Source: Lytechinus pictus (taxonomy: Eukaryota). From it: DNA of 64,000 bases. The notes below the pieces were generated by a model, which worked only from the letters and a program-made list of their open reading frames with translations, did not search any database and was not told the origin of the DNA. The translations under genes and the position numbers were made by a program. The stretch lies in NCBI RefSeq assembly GCF_037042905.1, contig NC_087249.1, positions 10,604,001-10,668,000 on the forward strand, given 5' to 3'. Positions 1 through 12,000 of this stretch are shown piece after piece. The first letter of the stretch is position 1. Every line of letters begins with the position of its first letter.

Positions 1-360
1 GGGATTTCCCGTAATCTTACCTCATCCTTCATGTTCCCTGACACACGCTTTAGCCACTTCAAAGCCACCAAAAGGCGCGAATCGCACGGGCACAAAATCA
101 ATTTACGATGCACATCAGGATTAAGTGCGTAGATCGCCCGTTCGCGCGTTCGTCTTTCATCGGTAATCCATCACGGAAAACGACCCGCGCGGGTGCAGCA
201 CAATCCCGCCGTTCCCGTAGGTAATTTCCACAGGACATGCACAGCGTGCGCATGTACGCGCATTGTCGTCTGCGAGGGGGCTATCAAATCATGAAACGTA
301 CTAAGTCAGGTGATCAATCAGGATTTGCTTCACTGTAAGCCAGGCAATCAATTTACGAAA
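1..360. promoter_or_regulatory. Candidate intronic cis-regulatory module in the last Isl intron
   Basis: CpG-rich relative to flanks; 13-mer AATCAATTTACGA at 96-108 and 346-358; TAATCC/GGATTA and ATCAATCA homeodomain-type motifs. Confidence 0.4.
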
Positions 361-650
361 CAACAAAAAAGGTTAAGAAAAAAAAGTGTTTGCAAACACG
401 TATGGTAGCCGTCAAGCATTGACAATGACGAGAGTCGAGAGAAAGCATTTTGCACAAGACCAAAAGCATTTCATGTATGGGGTGGGTGTGTGAAGGTGTA
501 GGTGTGTGCGTGAGAAGGTGGGTGTGTACGTGTGTATGGCAGAGACAGAGGAAGTTGATGAACTTTATCTATTTTTATTGTGAACATGAATAATTTCAGT
601 ATTGTGGCTGTATATCATGTATTGCATTTTATTGGTGAATAAAATATCCA

Positions 651-685
651 TTGAATTGAATTGAATTGAATTGAATTGAATTGAA
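651..685 (+). repeat. (TTGAA)n microsatellite, probably a LINE 3' tail
   Basis: Seven TTGAA units directly after AATAAA and AT-rich sequence. Confidence 0.85.
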
Positions 686-2091
686 GTATTCGTACAGTGA
701 TTTATAACTTTTCACAGTAAGACGTACCATGTCTCAACATTCGCATCAAATTTTACTACGTTTTATACCAAATTCTGGTCGCAGGCCGTCGTAAGGTGTG
801 CCTTGGCCTTAACCCATTTGTTCGATTTTGCCCCCATGAATCCTGAATATCAATTGAAGAATAAGGGGATATTATATGAATAGGAGAAGAAGACGGAATG
901 TGAGGGGGAAACGAGGGAGAAGCAGAAGAAAATGAAAAAAGTAGAAGAGAGCGGACAAGAAACGGAAGAAGAAGTAGAGGGAAAGGATGGAGGTAAGGAT
1001 AAAGAGTGAAGGGGAGCAAGAGGAGAAGGAAAACGAAAAGAAAGAACAAGAGGAGATTTCAGCTATACCAAGCATTGAACATTCTAGTTCCTTTAAAACG
1101 TCATCTCTTCTTTTGCATTATTTTTTTTGTCTAAGTGTCTTGAGTGCTCCATCATTTTACATCTTCAGTTTGTCTTCAAACTACTTCCAACGTGTAGCTA
1201 CACTTCTGGAAATTGATATTTTAATGTATCTGACTAACTGGCTTGTCCGTGTCGAGGAAAGTCACTTTTAGGCGACAATGTGACGTGTTCAGTACAAACA
1301 GCTTGCGGACTATCACTTCCAATAATTTGTGGCTCTCCATGTGCTCAAATATCGAAAAGAAAATCAATCTTTTCCCTCTCTAATGGAAATATGTCTTGAT
1401 TTCCGAACTAAACTTCCCGTACTATGTCTCTCGTCAACTCGTGTTATTTTTCACCCGACTTACTGACGTCTCATTGCATGTACATGTATGTAATATCCAA
1501 TCACATTTATAGCGTGTCGATTCCTATTCAAAATATTTTGGATAACTCCGATCCTTGAGAATGAAAAATTGAAACTTTAGTCTGTATCTTATAATAGAAA
1601 TCTTCTTTACTTCTCTACAAGCAAGCTTAATTGTTGCCTGAAGACGAATTATTATTTTGGGCAAATTGAAATACTATGAACACACGAAAGTAAGATAACC
1701 CATGGAGTTATTATTAATTACTTCGTGGACAGACCACTCCTCATCGATTGCTTTACACAGGACTCGGGGATAACCTTGAACGGTTGAGACCTTCTCACAT
1801 TTCAGGCTTCCACACGCTGAGATCTAACTTGTTTCGCTGAATTATATAACGTTATTAAGATAATACATACGTTTCAGTTTAAAGCTTTACTAAATTCATA
1901 TTAGTAAAGTGTTCTTCAGATTTGTTCAATTCATAGGCCTGGCGTTCAAGATTCCAAAGGCGTCAACATCTGAAATCAACGGGTAGTTTCCGAAAACTTT
2001 TGAATATTCTGGTACTCTCATTGATTCAGTTCTTCTCTATTTCGAGTCATGTTTCTTATCAAATTATAACTTTTGTTTTGTGTGTATACAG

Positions 2092-2256
2092 GTCAACTTC
2101 TCTGAGCAGAGTCTGGGCCAGACGACAATTCTTAAGGACATTCCACCTCGAGATGATGCGGCTCCTGGATCGGGAATGAGTCTGCCCCCAACCCCGGATT
2201 CCTCCGACCGGATGCACTCACATCTCGACTTAGAACCACTTAGTGCCAGCGACTAA
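2092..2256 (+). CDS. Isl: Last coding exon of an Islet-class LIM-homeodomain transcription factor (upstream exons lie outside the window)
   Basis: T-rich tract plus acceptor ttttgttttgtgtgtatacag at 2071-2091, then a phase-0 frame VNFSEQSLGQTTILKDIPPRDDAAPGSGMSLPPTPDSSDRMHSHLDLEPLSASD* (TAA 2254-2256). VNFSE and LPPTPDS match the vertebrate ISL1 C-terminus as I recall it (VNFSEGG...QLPDTPNS), whose last exon also starts at VNFSE. Not database-verified. Confidence 0.85.
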   Translation, partial: VNFSEQSLGQTTILKDIPPRDDAAPGSGMSLPPTPDSSDRMHSHLDLEPLSASD

Positions 2257-3090
2257 GTCCATCGAAACAAGCAAACTTATATCTACAATAGAGAGAAGTC
2301 AGAGAGCCATCTGCTAAAAACAATGAATGATCTTAGCACTTGACGAGTGGATCTCACTTCCCAAGGGTCGAATTTTGACAGCCGAGTTTTGCTATGGACG
2401 TAACAGGAGTTTTAACGCGAATGCTAGACGTTACATAATTAATCATCGTTATTTTACAAGGAATTATACATACTTTCTCGCCTCACTTTTGTACGATTTG
2501 GAATCTTCATTTGGTGTCTCTTATTGTGCACTCTTTCGTGAAGCTGTGGACGTAAATGTGGTATATAAATTTTATTATATGAATGTTGGACAGTTAGCTT
2601 GTGTATGATAGATGATGACGATGGATTCACGCAATTTCGGGTGCTGTAATAAAACAAAGGAGAAAGCTGACAAAACAGTTTTAACGTGTCAACGAACAAT
2701 CAACCGGACTTTGTATTCAAAATGACGGGGGAAACCTGAACTTGACATTTCTGTGTGCGTCGGCAATTTTGTTGTAGCGTTTAAAATAGAAGAACGGGAG
2801 ACAGAGAAATTGCTTCAACATCTTTGGACCGCGAGAAATTCAACTATGAAGTACAGGCGGCAACAGATTTTAGAATCATCGTTCTCACGTCACATCTCTG
2901 TATTAGTCTAATACTATCAAATCTTAGCTACGTTAGAGTGACATTGACATTTCAAAACAAGTCATTATTTACGTCGGGCGATCACTTTGTGGGCGGCATA
3001 TATTATCCAAAACTATAAAATCAAATCACATTTATTATGGAACCAGTTCTCACCAATGAACGAAATAAAAAATGATAATGATCACCTACA
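2257..3090 (+). other. Putative Isl 3' UTR
   Basis: Non-repetitive sequence after the stop codon, with AATAAA at 2648-2653 and 3064-3069. The true 3' end is unknown. Confidence 0.5.
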
Positions 3091-3167
3091 TTGATATCAA
3101 AAGTGTTATGTAAACATTCACTTCGATTGTGGATAGAGGGCATTTTCCTTTTTTTTTTTTTTTTTAA

Positions 3168-3245
3168 ATATACTTCGCAAATGTAGTTTGACGCCATAAA
3201 TATATATAGATATTTATGGCGTCAAACTACATTTGCGAAGTATAT
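3168..3245. repeat. Near-perfect palindrome (36-bp arms, 6-nt spacer)
   Basis: 3168-3203 atatacttcgcaaatgtagtttgacgccataaatat is the exact reverse complement of 3210-3245. Confidence 0.95.
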
Positions 3246-4364
3246 ATTGTTATAAGGCTATTTCCACTGCCAAAAGTTAATAGAAAGAAAGTGCCACTTC
3301 TCATTCGGCTATCTTATTTATACATAAATTTGGTGAATTAGGTTGAATGTAAATAAAATGAAATAAACACCAACACCGTACACTGCCAATGATTGACACA
3401 TTATTTCAATATCACTTGACGTAAAGAAAATAATGATGATATCAATACTAAGGCGCTTGTATCCAAATGAACTAGCCTTACCCATCATGGCGTATGGCAA
3501 TCCCCTCTCCTTTGAAGAATGAAATGTGTGTTTTGTTTAGAACAAAATACATTCAAACCAGAAACGAATACCCATATTCATGAGTTCTGATACTACAATT
3601 AAAATTGTGTGTTGATTGGGGGTATTCCCGTGCGTTTATATATGCCTTCTTTTTTTTTTGGCTAGAGCTGTCTAAACATTATTCCGCCAGAATAACATCC
3701 ATATTGAGTTCCAGAACCGAAAAGTCACCATCACGTGTGTAAATCAGACTCCAAATGATGATGCTCTGCGAATTTTACCCCCATTTTCTGGAAACTAAAG
3801 AGATACATGCTTGTTGTATTTATGCGCGTGGTCTGTTTTCCGCATACCGGGGATATTATCTCGATTGCTGAATAAGCCGGGGTTGTTTGAAGTTTCTCTC
3901 AAACGTGCTATGGTGCTGCTCCCAGGGGAAGCTCATTTGAATTTTGTGGGGAAGAAAGAGAGACAGAGTGAGAAAAAAAATAGAAGTGTATTTTGGCTCC
4001 AAAATTCCTCTTCATGAAAATTCATGACGAAAAAAGCCCCTTTTCTTAGATTCAGTTTTCCCTCGAGCCCCTTCACTAATATCTACATACACACTATGGA
4101 TTTACGCTGGTGAAAAAAGAATGCAGGGGAAAAGGGGGCATGCAGGTAGAACAAAAAAAAATGAGAGAGCGGGGAGATGAGAGGGGCTGAGGCTGTTAAG
4201 AGGGTGGCGGTTATGTTGCCCGTGGCTCACAAAAAAGTTATGAATGGTTAATGCTGATCTTGCAGATGCTGCGTTGTAATTATTCACCCTAAGTGGGCGC
4301 AAGGAGGGGAAATATGACGTCACCATAGGGGAATTTAGCCATTCTCTCTCACAACGATACAAGC

Positions 4365-4367
<3 letters not shown>

Positions 4368-4412
<45 letters not shown>
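4368..4412. repeat. (TA)n microsatellite
   Basis: Pure TA run. Confidence 0.95.
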
Positions 4413-4418
<6 letters not shown>

Positions 4419-5460
4419 TGTTGTTTAATACCATTTCCATGTAATATACCAGGATGGGTTATACGCAATCATATGGTGATGAACGAGAGTGCAGCATATT
4501 TTCCATGGGGTATATGATCTGTGTTTATTTACAATCGTGACATTAACTCACTTAACGAGGAAAAATGCTGTTTTCTGTTACCGTCAAAAGTTAATAATTT
4601 TCCGCCATTTGTCTTTCTTACCTATATTATTTAATTAGTTTGTATAACGTGAGTGATTGTCACCTCATAAATGTCTCGACAGTGCACTATCCATTGACAA
4701 TGTCATGCAGTTATGATAAATATGTCAGCTTTTTCAAAACATTGACACACATTATAATAACAATGTGTAAAGCATGTGATATTTGGAGGTAAAGGAAGTA
4801 ATTCGACTGTTTATAATGACGTCCTTCAATGAAAGTGATATTTGGTATAAACTGAAGGTAAACTATACATTCGTAGAATGTAGTATGAGGAGATAATATA
4901 GCTTAAAGAAAATAACGATGTACATAGTTTCTGTAGTATTCACTTAGTAGAGGACTACTATTATATCGTACATTTTGAGCATTTATTCTCTTAAAAGCTC
5001 ATTCATATTAAAAGATTTAATCTGCGTTCCAAATCGAAAGTATAAATCATCATTGTGATATGAAAGCGCACGGGAAGATATTATGAAGTAGCTTCCTCAA
5101 GCGAAGGTCCGTTTATGTTATTTATTATTTGCGTGTATGATGAGTGTTCTCACTGTTGTATGGTTCTCTTTGTGTGATGTCACAATAACTGGCAGCAAAA
5201 CAGCATTAGTATTGTTGGTAAGAGACCTTGTGACGACAGTGTGAACGTTCTCATCCAATGTAATAATTATTATTATGCCCGGGAATCATGTGCATTATTA
5301 GTGTTGTCTATATTATGTCTGTTTTATCTATTGACGTTTCAAGCAACCATGTGGTTTGACTATATGATATATTATATATATAAAAACGAGGAAATAAATT
5401 CGAATTCTTTTCGTTGAAGAGATGCTGAAAAATTAAAGTACCGAATCGAGAAATTATTTT

Positions 5461-5910
5461 GTGATGGTATGCGGAAAGATGATGTTGATGGTGATTAATA
5501 AAGTGGTGGTGGTGGTGATGATGATGATGATGTTGGTGAAATTGGTGATAATGGTGATGATGGTGATGATGGTGGAATTGGTGATGATGACGATGATGAT
5601 GAGGAGGAGTAGGATGAGGACGATGATGATCAAAGTGGTGATGATGGTTGTAATGGTGGTGGTGCTGTAGATAATCTTTGTGATAAAGATGGTGGTGGTG
5701 ATGTTGATGATGATGGTGATGATAATGATGAAGATGATGATGATAATGATGGTGAGGATAAGGCTGATAATGATGATGATGGTGGTGAAGTTGATGAAGA
5801 TGATGATAATGATGGTGAGGATGATGATGATGGTGGTGGTGATGATGATGGTGATGATGTTGATGTTGATGAAGATGATGGTGATGATGATGCCGATGAT
5901 GATGATGCTA
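5461..5910. repeat. Degenerate (GAT/GGT)n trinucleotide repeat
   Basis: ~450 bp of ATG/GTG triplets; explains the poly-M/I/S ORFs. Confidence 0.95.
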
Positions 5911-8506
5911 ACAATAATCATAATGGCTGCAGCGGTAATTATTATATTGCTGATTGAATAGGTGGTGATTAGATGACTATAATGTTGCAGATAACGGTTG
6001 CTTGGTAGGGATGATAACGAGGAGGACCATAAATATGTGAAGTTGATGTTTCTGCGGCCGCACTAGTTACTACATACTATCGGTGTTCTTTACCGATTGA
6101 AAAAAAAATAATGATACTAAAAGAGTCAATAATAGCTGGTGGTAGTCCTTGGTGTAAATTAATATAAATATTTAGGTTGTTGCTCATCCAACATTCGATG
6201 TCTTAAGTCTTCAAGAGATATTAGTGAAGATGCTTATACCGGTTCACAATGATGCATTTTGATTTTTTTTTCGACAGATGACAGGAATAATTGCTAATCT
6301 GCGAACACTCTTTTAAAATATTTATTAGGGGTTTGATATTTCTATTGTGTATTTTAAATGATAAAATATTTTGGAATAAAATGAAGTGTTAATCTATCCC
6401 CTGGTTAAATCAATATTTATTCATGAATTGAAAAGTACGCCCCGAAGATATGGATCTAAGCGAAGGTATCTGTACTTCTCCCCCATGTCTTTTTTTCAGC
6501 CCCTTTACAAGCTTTCTGATCGTCACTCAGCTTCCCTATCACTCTCCCCCTCTCTCGTATTCTTTCTTTCCTTTATTTTCCTTTTTTTGCTTTCCCTCTC
6601 TTCGCTCGTTTTTTCTCTCGTTCCTTCTCACTCTCCCCTTCCCTGTATTGTTTCTCTCCCCATTCCCTCTTATATATTCCTTCTTATAAGGAACATATCA
6701 AAAAAACATCTCCACTTCAAACGATAAAAAAATCCCTAAATTCCTCTCTCTCCCGCCTCTCTCTCTCTCTCTCTCTTGCTTTATCTCCCATACATTTCTT
6801 TCTTCCTGTGTCTCTTTCCCAGTGTATCGACTCATAATTTGCACTCTCATTTCTCCCCATTTCCCACAATTCCATTACAATTCAGCATTTACCCCGCGGG
6901 TGTATTTTCCGTTAGAGGATAATCATTTTACGGTATTAACAACTTTCGTATCGCACCTTCTCAATATTCATCCTTATTGAATAAAAGCGATATACTCTTC
7001 CCAAACGATGGATGATAAATTTCATAACGCGCGAATTATTCCAAACATCCCACTGAAAACAGACACACATTAAAACGAATAAAATTCATATTATATTTTC
7101 TGCATACAATTATAAAGCCGGGTTCATCCGAACGAAGGAATTATTACAGATTTAGCAAAGAGAGTCTTATCCAGGAAAGGATAAAATGGAGATAGGGAGA
7201 TAAAGAGAGATAGGGACAACTTGTTGATACACCTGGGGGAGAGATGCATATGGAAGGCTTTTAGGGATGAGATCCACACTTCTAATGGAATATAAGGTGG
7301 GAAGGGTCTAGAAGAGGGTGGGGGAGAGAAGAGATTTTGCCTATAGTCCGTGACTCTGGGCGACATTTTGCCCACCAATCTAAAGGATCAGGTAGAAAAT
7401 GGGTTTTTTGCTACGAGATAAATCGAAATGCTTTTAGTTGGCAACCCCGGCGATGGCGAGGAGCGAGTGCGGCTCAACCGCAACGAAGCCAGTAACCTAA
7501 GCCCAAATCGTCTTGTTTTATTTATTAAAAAAAGTAGAATTAAGAGGTGGGAGTATTTCAAAGTATTAGTGTAATAGCCTTTTATTAAATGAAACGGCAA
7601 TAGTATACAGTAAAATGAAGCATTAGAAATAAGGTGAAGACGAGGGTGTTGGGTGGGTGACAGAGCTAGTGATTTAGTGATTAAGTCCATTGCCATCATG
7701 ATCATCATGATTTGTATTTAATCATGCATCAAAGTAATACACTAAAACATATGTAAAAGGAATTGCAACAACGATATTAGTGTAGAAGAAAAAAGATGGT
7801 TCTTGAATAATGAAACCTACTAGAAGCTGAATATTTCACAAAATTATTGCTTTAAAAATTGTATTGAGAAATAAAAAGAATGACCAGAAAACAGTTGATT
7901 CCAGCAGTAGAAAACAGAAAAGAAAATGTTCCACGCAATCGTGGTAAGAAGAGCTCAATGAGGAGAGCGGGTGAGTGTGAGGCTGGTGCTTTTGAGGGTG
8001 TGTTAGGTTGTTGATAGGGTGTGTTTGTGTATGTGTGTGTGTATGATATAGAAGAGAAGGAGAGTAAGAGAGAGTACGGTCGAGTGGGAGAGAGAACAAA
8101 TGGAAAGTTGCTTTCATAGTTCGTTGTGTATGAAAAATATTTAAAACGAATCCTGGAATGAGACTACATACAGAATACGGTTAGACGGTTATCTTGAAAT
8201 ATTTCTCCTTGAGGAGTCTACATCTGTAGAAGATAGAGAGAAAGGACGAAAAAGAGACAGAAAGAGCTTGGGGAGAAGTAAGTATTTACGGAGAGTGCAA
8301 AATGGGTTTAAAGGTTTAAATTGGTAGAACGAAAAGCATTTCTTTGGTTGTCATTAATTACCTTTTTCATCTATTTACCTACCTATTCGTTCATTTATTT
8401 ATATTTCCTTATACAGCCTTTCATTTATCTATCCATCTGTTTCCATATTTTGATAATATATTATGCATTTTTGATTAATTCATCTCAAGAAAAATCACTT
8501 GATTAA

Positions 8507-9090
8507 AGGAAAATGAAACTCTTGGAGCAAGTTAGCTTTTGTGAAAGCAGAAAAATCAAAGAATAAGATCAACAAAACTTTGAGTAAAATAGGACTAGCA
8601 ATAAAAGAGTTATGAGCATTTGAATGTCGAGATCACTAATGCTATGGAGATCCTCCCATTGGCAATGCGACCAAGATCTGTGATGTCACACACGTACAAC
8701 TCTCCCATTTGGACACTGAAAATATACCCCAAAACATCTCTTTTTGCTCATTCTAATCATATGACAAACGATTCATCATTGATATAATGTTGTACGAACC
8801 TCTGTACTTGTCATCTCATAAAGAGAACACCTCACCTTGTGATAGACTCTATAAAAGTGAGAATATAAGTGAAATAAGTACTAAAGTAATGAGGGAGTTG
8901 TACGTGTGTGATATCACAGATCTTGGTCGCATTGCCGTTTGGAGGATCTACATGGCACTAGTGATCTCAATATTCGAATGCTCATAACTTTCTTATTATT
9001 CAATCAATCTTCCTCAAACTTTCAACAATATGTTTCTTTGATTTTTCTCTTTGATATGGATTCAGCTGGTTTCAAGGGTTTCATTCTCCT
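8507..9090. mobile_element. Non-autonomous DNA transposon, Kolobok-like (TTAA TSD, AGG...CCT termini)
   Basis: TTAA at 8503-8506 and 9091-9094; ends aggaaaatgaaac / gtttcattctcct; long imperfect inverted arms (gcaatgcgaccaagatctgtgatgtcacacacgtacaactc vs gagttgtacgtgtgtgatatcacagatcttggtcgcattgc). Confidence 0.85.
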
Positions 9091-12000
9091 TTAATATACA
9101 ATACAAAGACCTTCACCAATAAATTTTAAGTAAGCATAATTATTTGACGCAAATGGAATTCCCTTGTTAAATTATTCCAAACTGATAGAAGAGAATCGTC
9201 ACACCGTCTTTCATTCCTTTATAAATCTTTATGAAAGCATTTTTGCAACTCTTTAAAATATCATCCATTAAATAATATCGCTTTGCTGCCCTTCAGATGG
9301 ATGGAAAACCATAAATGATTATTAAGATAAAAATGCTTCGCTATCACAACAGGTTTGCATGTGGCATGTGTAGGGCCAACGTGAATGCGTGCAATGAATA
9401 ATAGTGCATTTACGCTTTGTCAAGATAATAATCTATTCCGCTTTGCTCACCGAAGAACGCTACCACTTTATATCGTTGAACAGTCTTGAATAAAAAATTG
9501 AAATACACACATTTTGAGGGGAGCAAGCAAATCTTAGAAAAGTAATCATATAAGATAAATTTATTTTTTTACAAAACGAGGAATACTGATAAAATTGAAT
9601 TTGATACTTGAATTAGTCTACATATTCTCTTAATTCACTCCCATAAAGCTCATTTCCAATTAGAAATAAGGACCAAATTGGAGGCTTTACGCTACAGTTT
9701 TTACTGTCGAAAAACGCTGAGCGCTCTGTCGCAAAGTAGAAGAGTGTGGAACAGCGAAAACTAGAATGCATCTTTAAGATGCCCAAGGGATCCAGTTCGT
9801 AAGAGACAAATAGAGTATAGTATACCAACCTTACAACAAATGGAATAAGGATAAAAAATAAGAGGATGAAGCAAAAATACTCCCAGGAATAAAAGCTAAA
9901 TGGATTGGTCGATGTAATAGGAGGAAACGAGTGGAATATAGCAATGGGCCATATTCGTATTATGCTTGATTTATATCTTAGTACCAGCCATCTTATTCTT
10001 CTCCCTGCATTCCCTCTGCCCTCGTTACTGTAAAGAGAAATGCGATGCAGTATTTGGTGTATAGATTTTGATGGTTTAAGTGAATGCAGTTTAGGGTTTG
10101 CCTTTTAGGACGACATAAAGTGGTTTGATCGTTACTGATCATTTTCTCTTATAGGAATGGGAAGTTTATATGTTCTAAACAGGTTTCGTCGTTTTTGCAT
10201 CATTGTCTCAGTCGATTAATGTCACATCGTTTGCCGTCCCAGACCCCCTCATCCCCCTCATCTTCTCCCACTCCCTGTTTTTCCTCCATCTTTTTGTCAT
10301 ACATGTATCCTTGTATGAATTTCAATTCTTATGTTGCAGTATGTTATAATATGTTATGTGCTGTGTTTCGTGGGATACTAGGTGCAAAATTTGTTTTATT
10401 TTCCCTTTCCTTCATTTCTCTATAATGATGACTTTGAATCTTTCCTATAATTAATGCTCTGCATGGCGCTCTCACTCCCCCACTCCCTCATTTCTTCTCT
10501 TCTTTGTCTACATCTCCCTTTCATTTAATTTTCTTTTTATTCATTATTTTCTCATCACTTTCTATATTTTTTCTCCCTTCCTTCCCTTTTTCCGTCCTTC
10601 CTTCCTTCCTTCCGTTCCTCCTTTCTTTATTCATTTCTTATTCTCTTTCCTTCTCTATTTTTTCTTCTTTCTTACTTTCACAACTTTCTACCAATGGCTT
10701 TATTTTCCTTATCCATATTTACCATGCTTATCTAGTTAATATTTTATACACATACAAATACAAATAAGCCTTTCAACTCTTTTCATTATATTTGTTTATT
10801 AAATCGACCTTTTCCTATTATTTACTACTGTGTCTTTTGGTTGAGATGGCTTTTTTTTAAGTAATGAAATTTAAATTAATACCAAGTGTTCACTTCCGGA
10901 TTGAATATACTTAAATATGATTAAATATGGTGTAAAATCAAAGAAACTTCTTCACAAATCCAAGTCCCGTGAACCGTATTAAATAACTAAAAGCAATACA
11001 GTAATTCCATTAAACTTGTTTGTAGTTTCTTGTTATCTATGCATAATATTAATGTATTCAAGAAAATTTAACTACTTAGTACTGTCTCATCAATGTTTGG
11101 TACAAACTTCTATTACATTGATATTGGCTAGTTCTTTACTAAACGCTTGGGACCCGCAATACATAACACGATGGTTTGCAATTTATTTTTCAGTTTATTC
11201 ACAATTATGAAGGAAAATTTTCTAATGGTTTCTGATGATTATTTTGGATTAGAGGCATACAAAAATGTGAAATCATGGGCAACCGATTTGAAACTATTTA
11301 GCTGCGACGCTCTGCCCAATTTTTTCTTGTCCATCTGTAAAAGATGTGCCTTCATTTATTTTCCCGAAACCACGCACTTGTGTTGGTTTTGGCGATTTCC
11401 AATGTTTCATGTTTGTGACCATGTTTATGATTCGTATTCATAGATTTATACCAACCTAGTTAATTCTTAAAGTTTTTTTCAATTATCGATTTTAAAAAAA
11501 TATGATGTGTTTATTTGTAGAAAATATCTGAACGTAGACAAAGAAAAAACAAACTCAAATTGTAAAAAAAAAAAATAACCTAAAATAAATAATAAAAACC
11601 TTCTTAAGGTTTTAAAACATTGATGGTAACGGACTGACGAGGTAATCTTGTAAATTTTGATTGTTGTTTTTTATACTGATTAGATTTTAATATAAAATAT
11701 CAATTCCTAATATTGGATAATAGATATGAAATATTAGAGTTACAGATTTTGTAAGTGTTCTTCATCTCAAACTTAAATCAGGAGATAACCATGAAAAGCC
11801 GGCGTTTATCAGAGTTCAGCCCCAAAACTTTTGCGCTCTGAAATATTTTCGTTCTTTTAACAAACTTCCAGACTCTTTGAAGTACCGCTTCTCTAACATA
11901 AGAAACCACAAAAGCCACTCTTGTAGTCCAACTCATTCGAAATGATTACGGTTGCGTGTAATAAGATGTAATAGCCCCTCTCCGACTTCTAATCAGCAGT

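Noticed and set aside
5454..5961. Poly-Ile/Met/Ser ORFs up to 155 aa
   Set aside because: Translations of a (GAT/GGT)n microsatellite, open in several frames on both strands.
8507..9090. piggyBac assignment for the TTAA-flanked elements
   Set aside because: piggyBac ends are typically CCY...RGG; these start AG and end CT, which fits Kolobok better.
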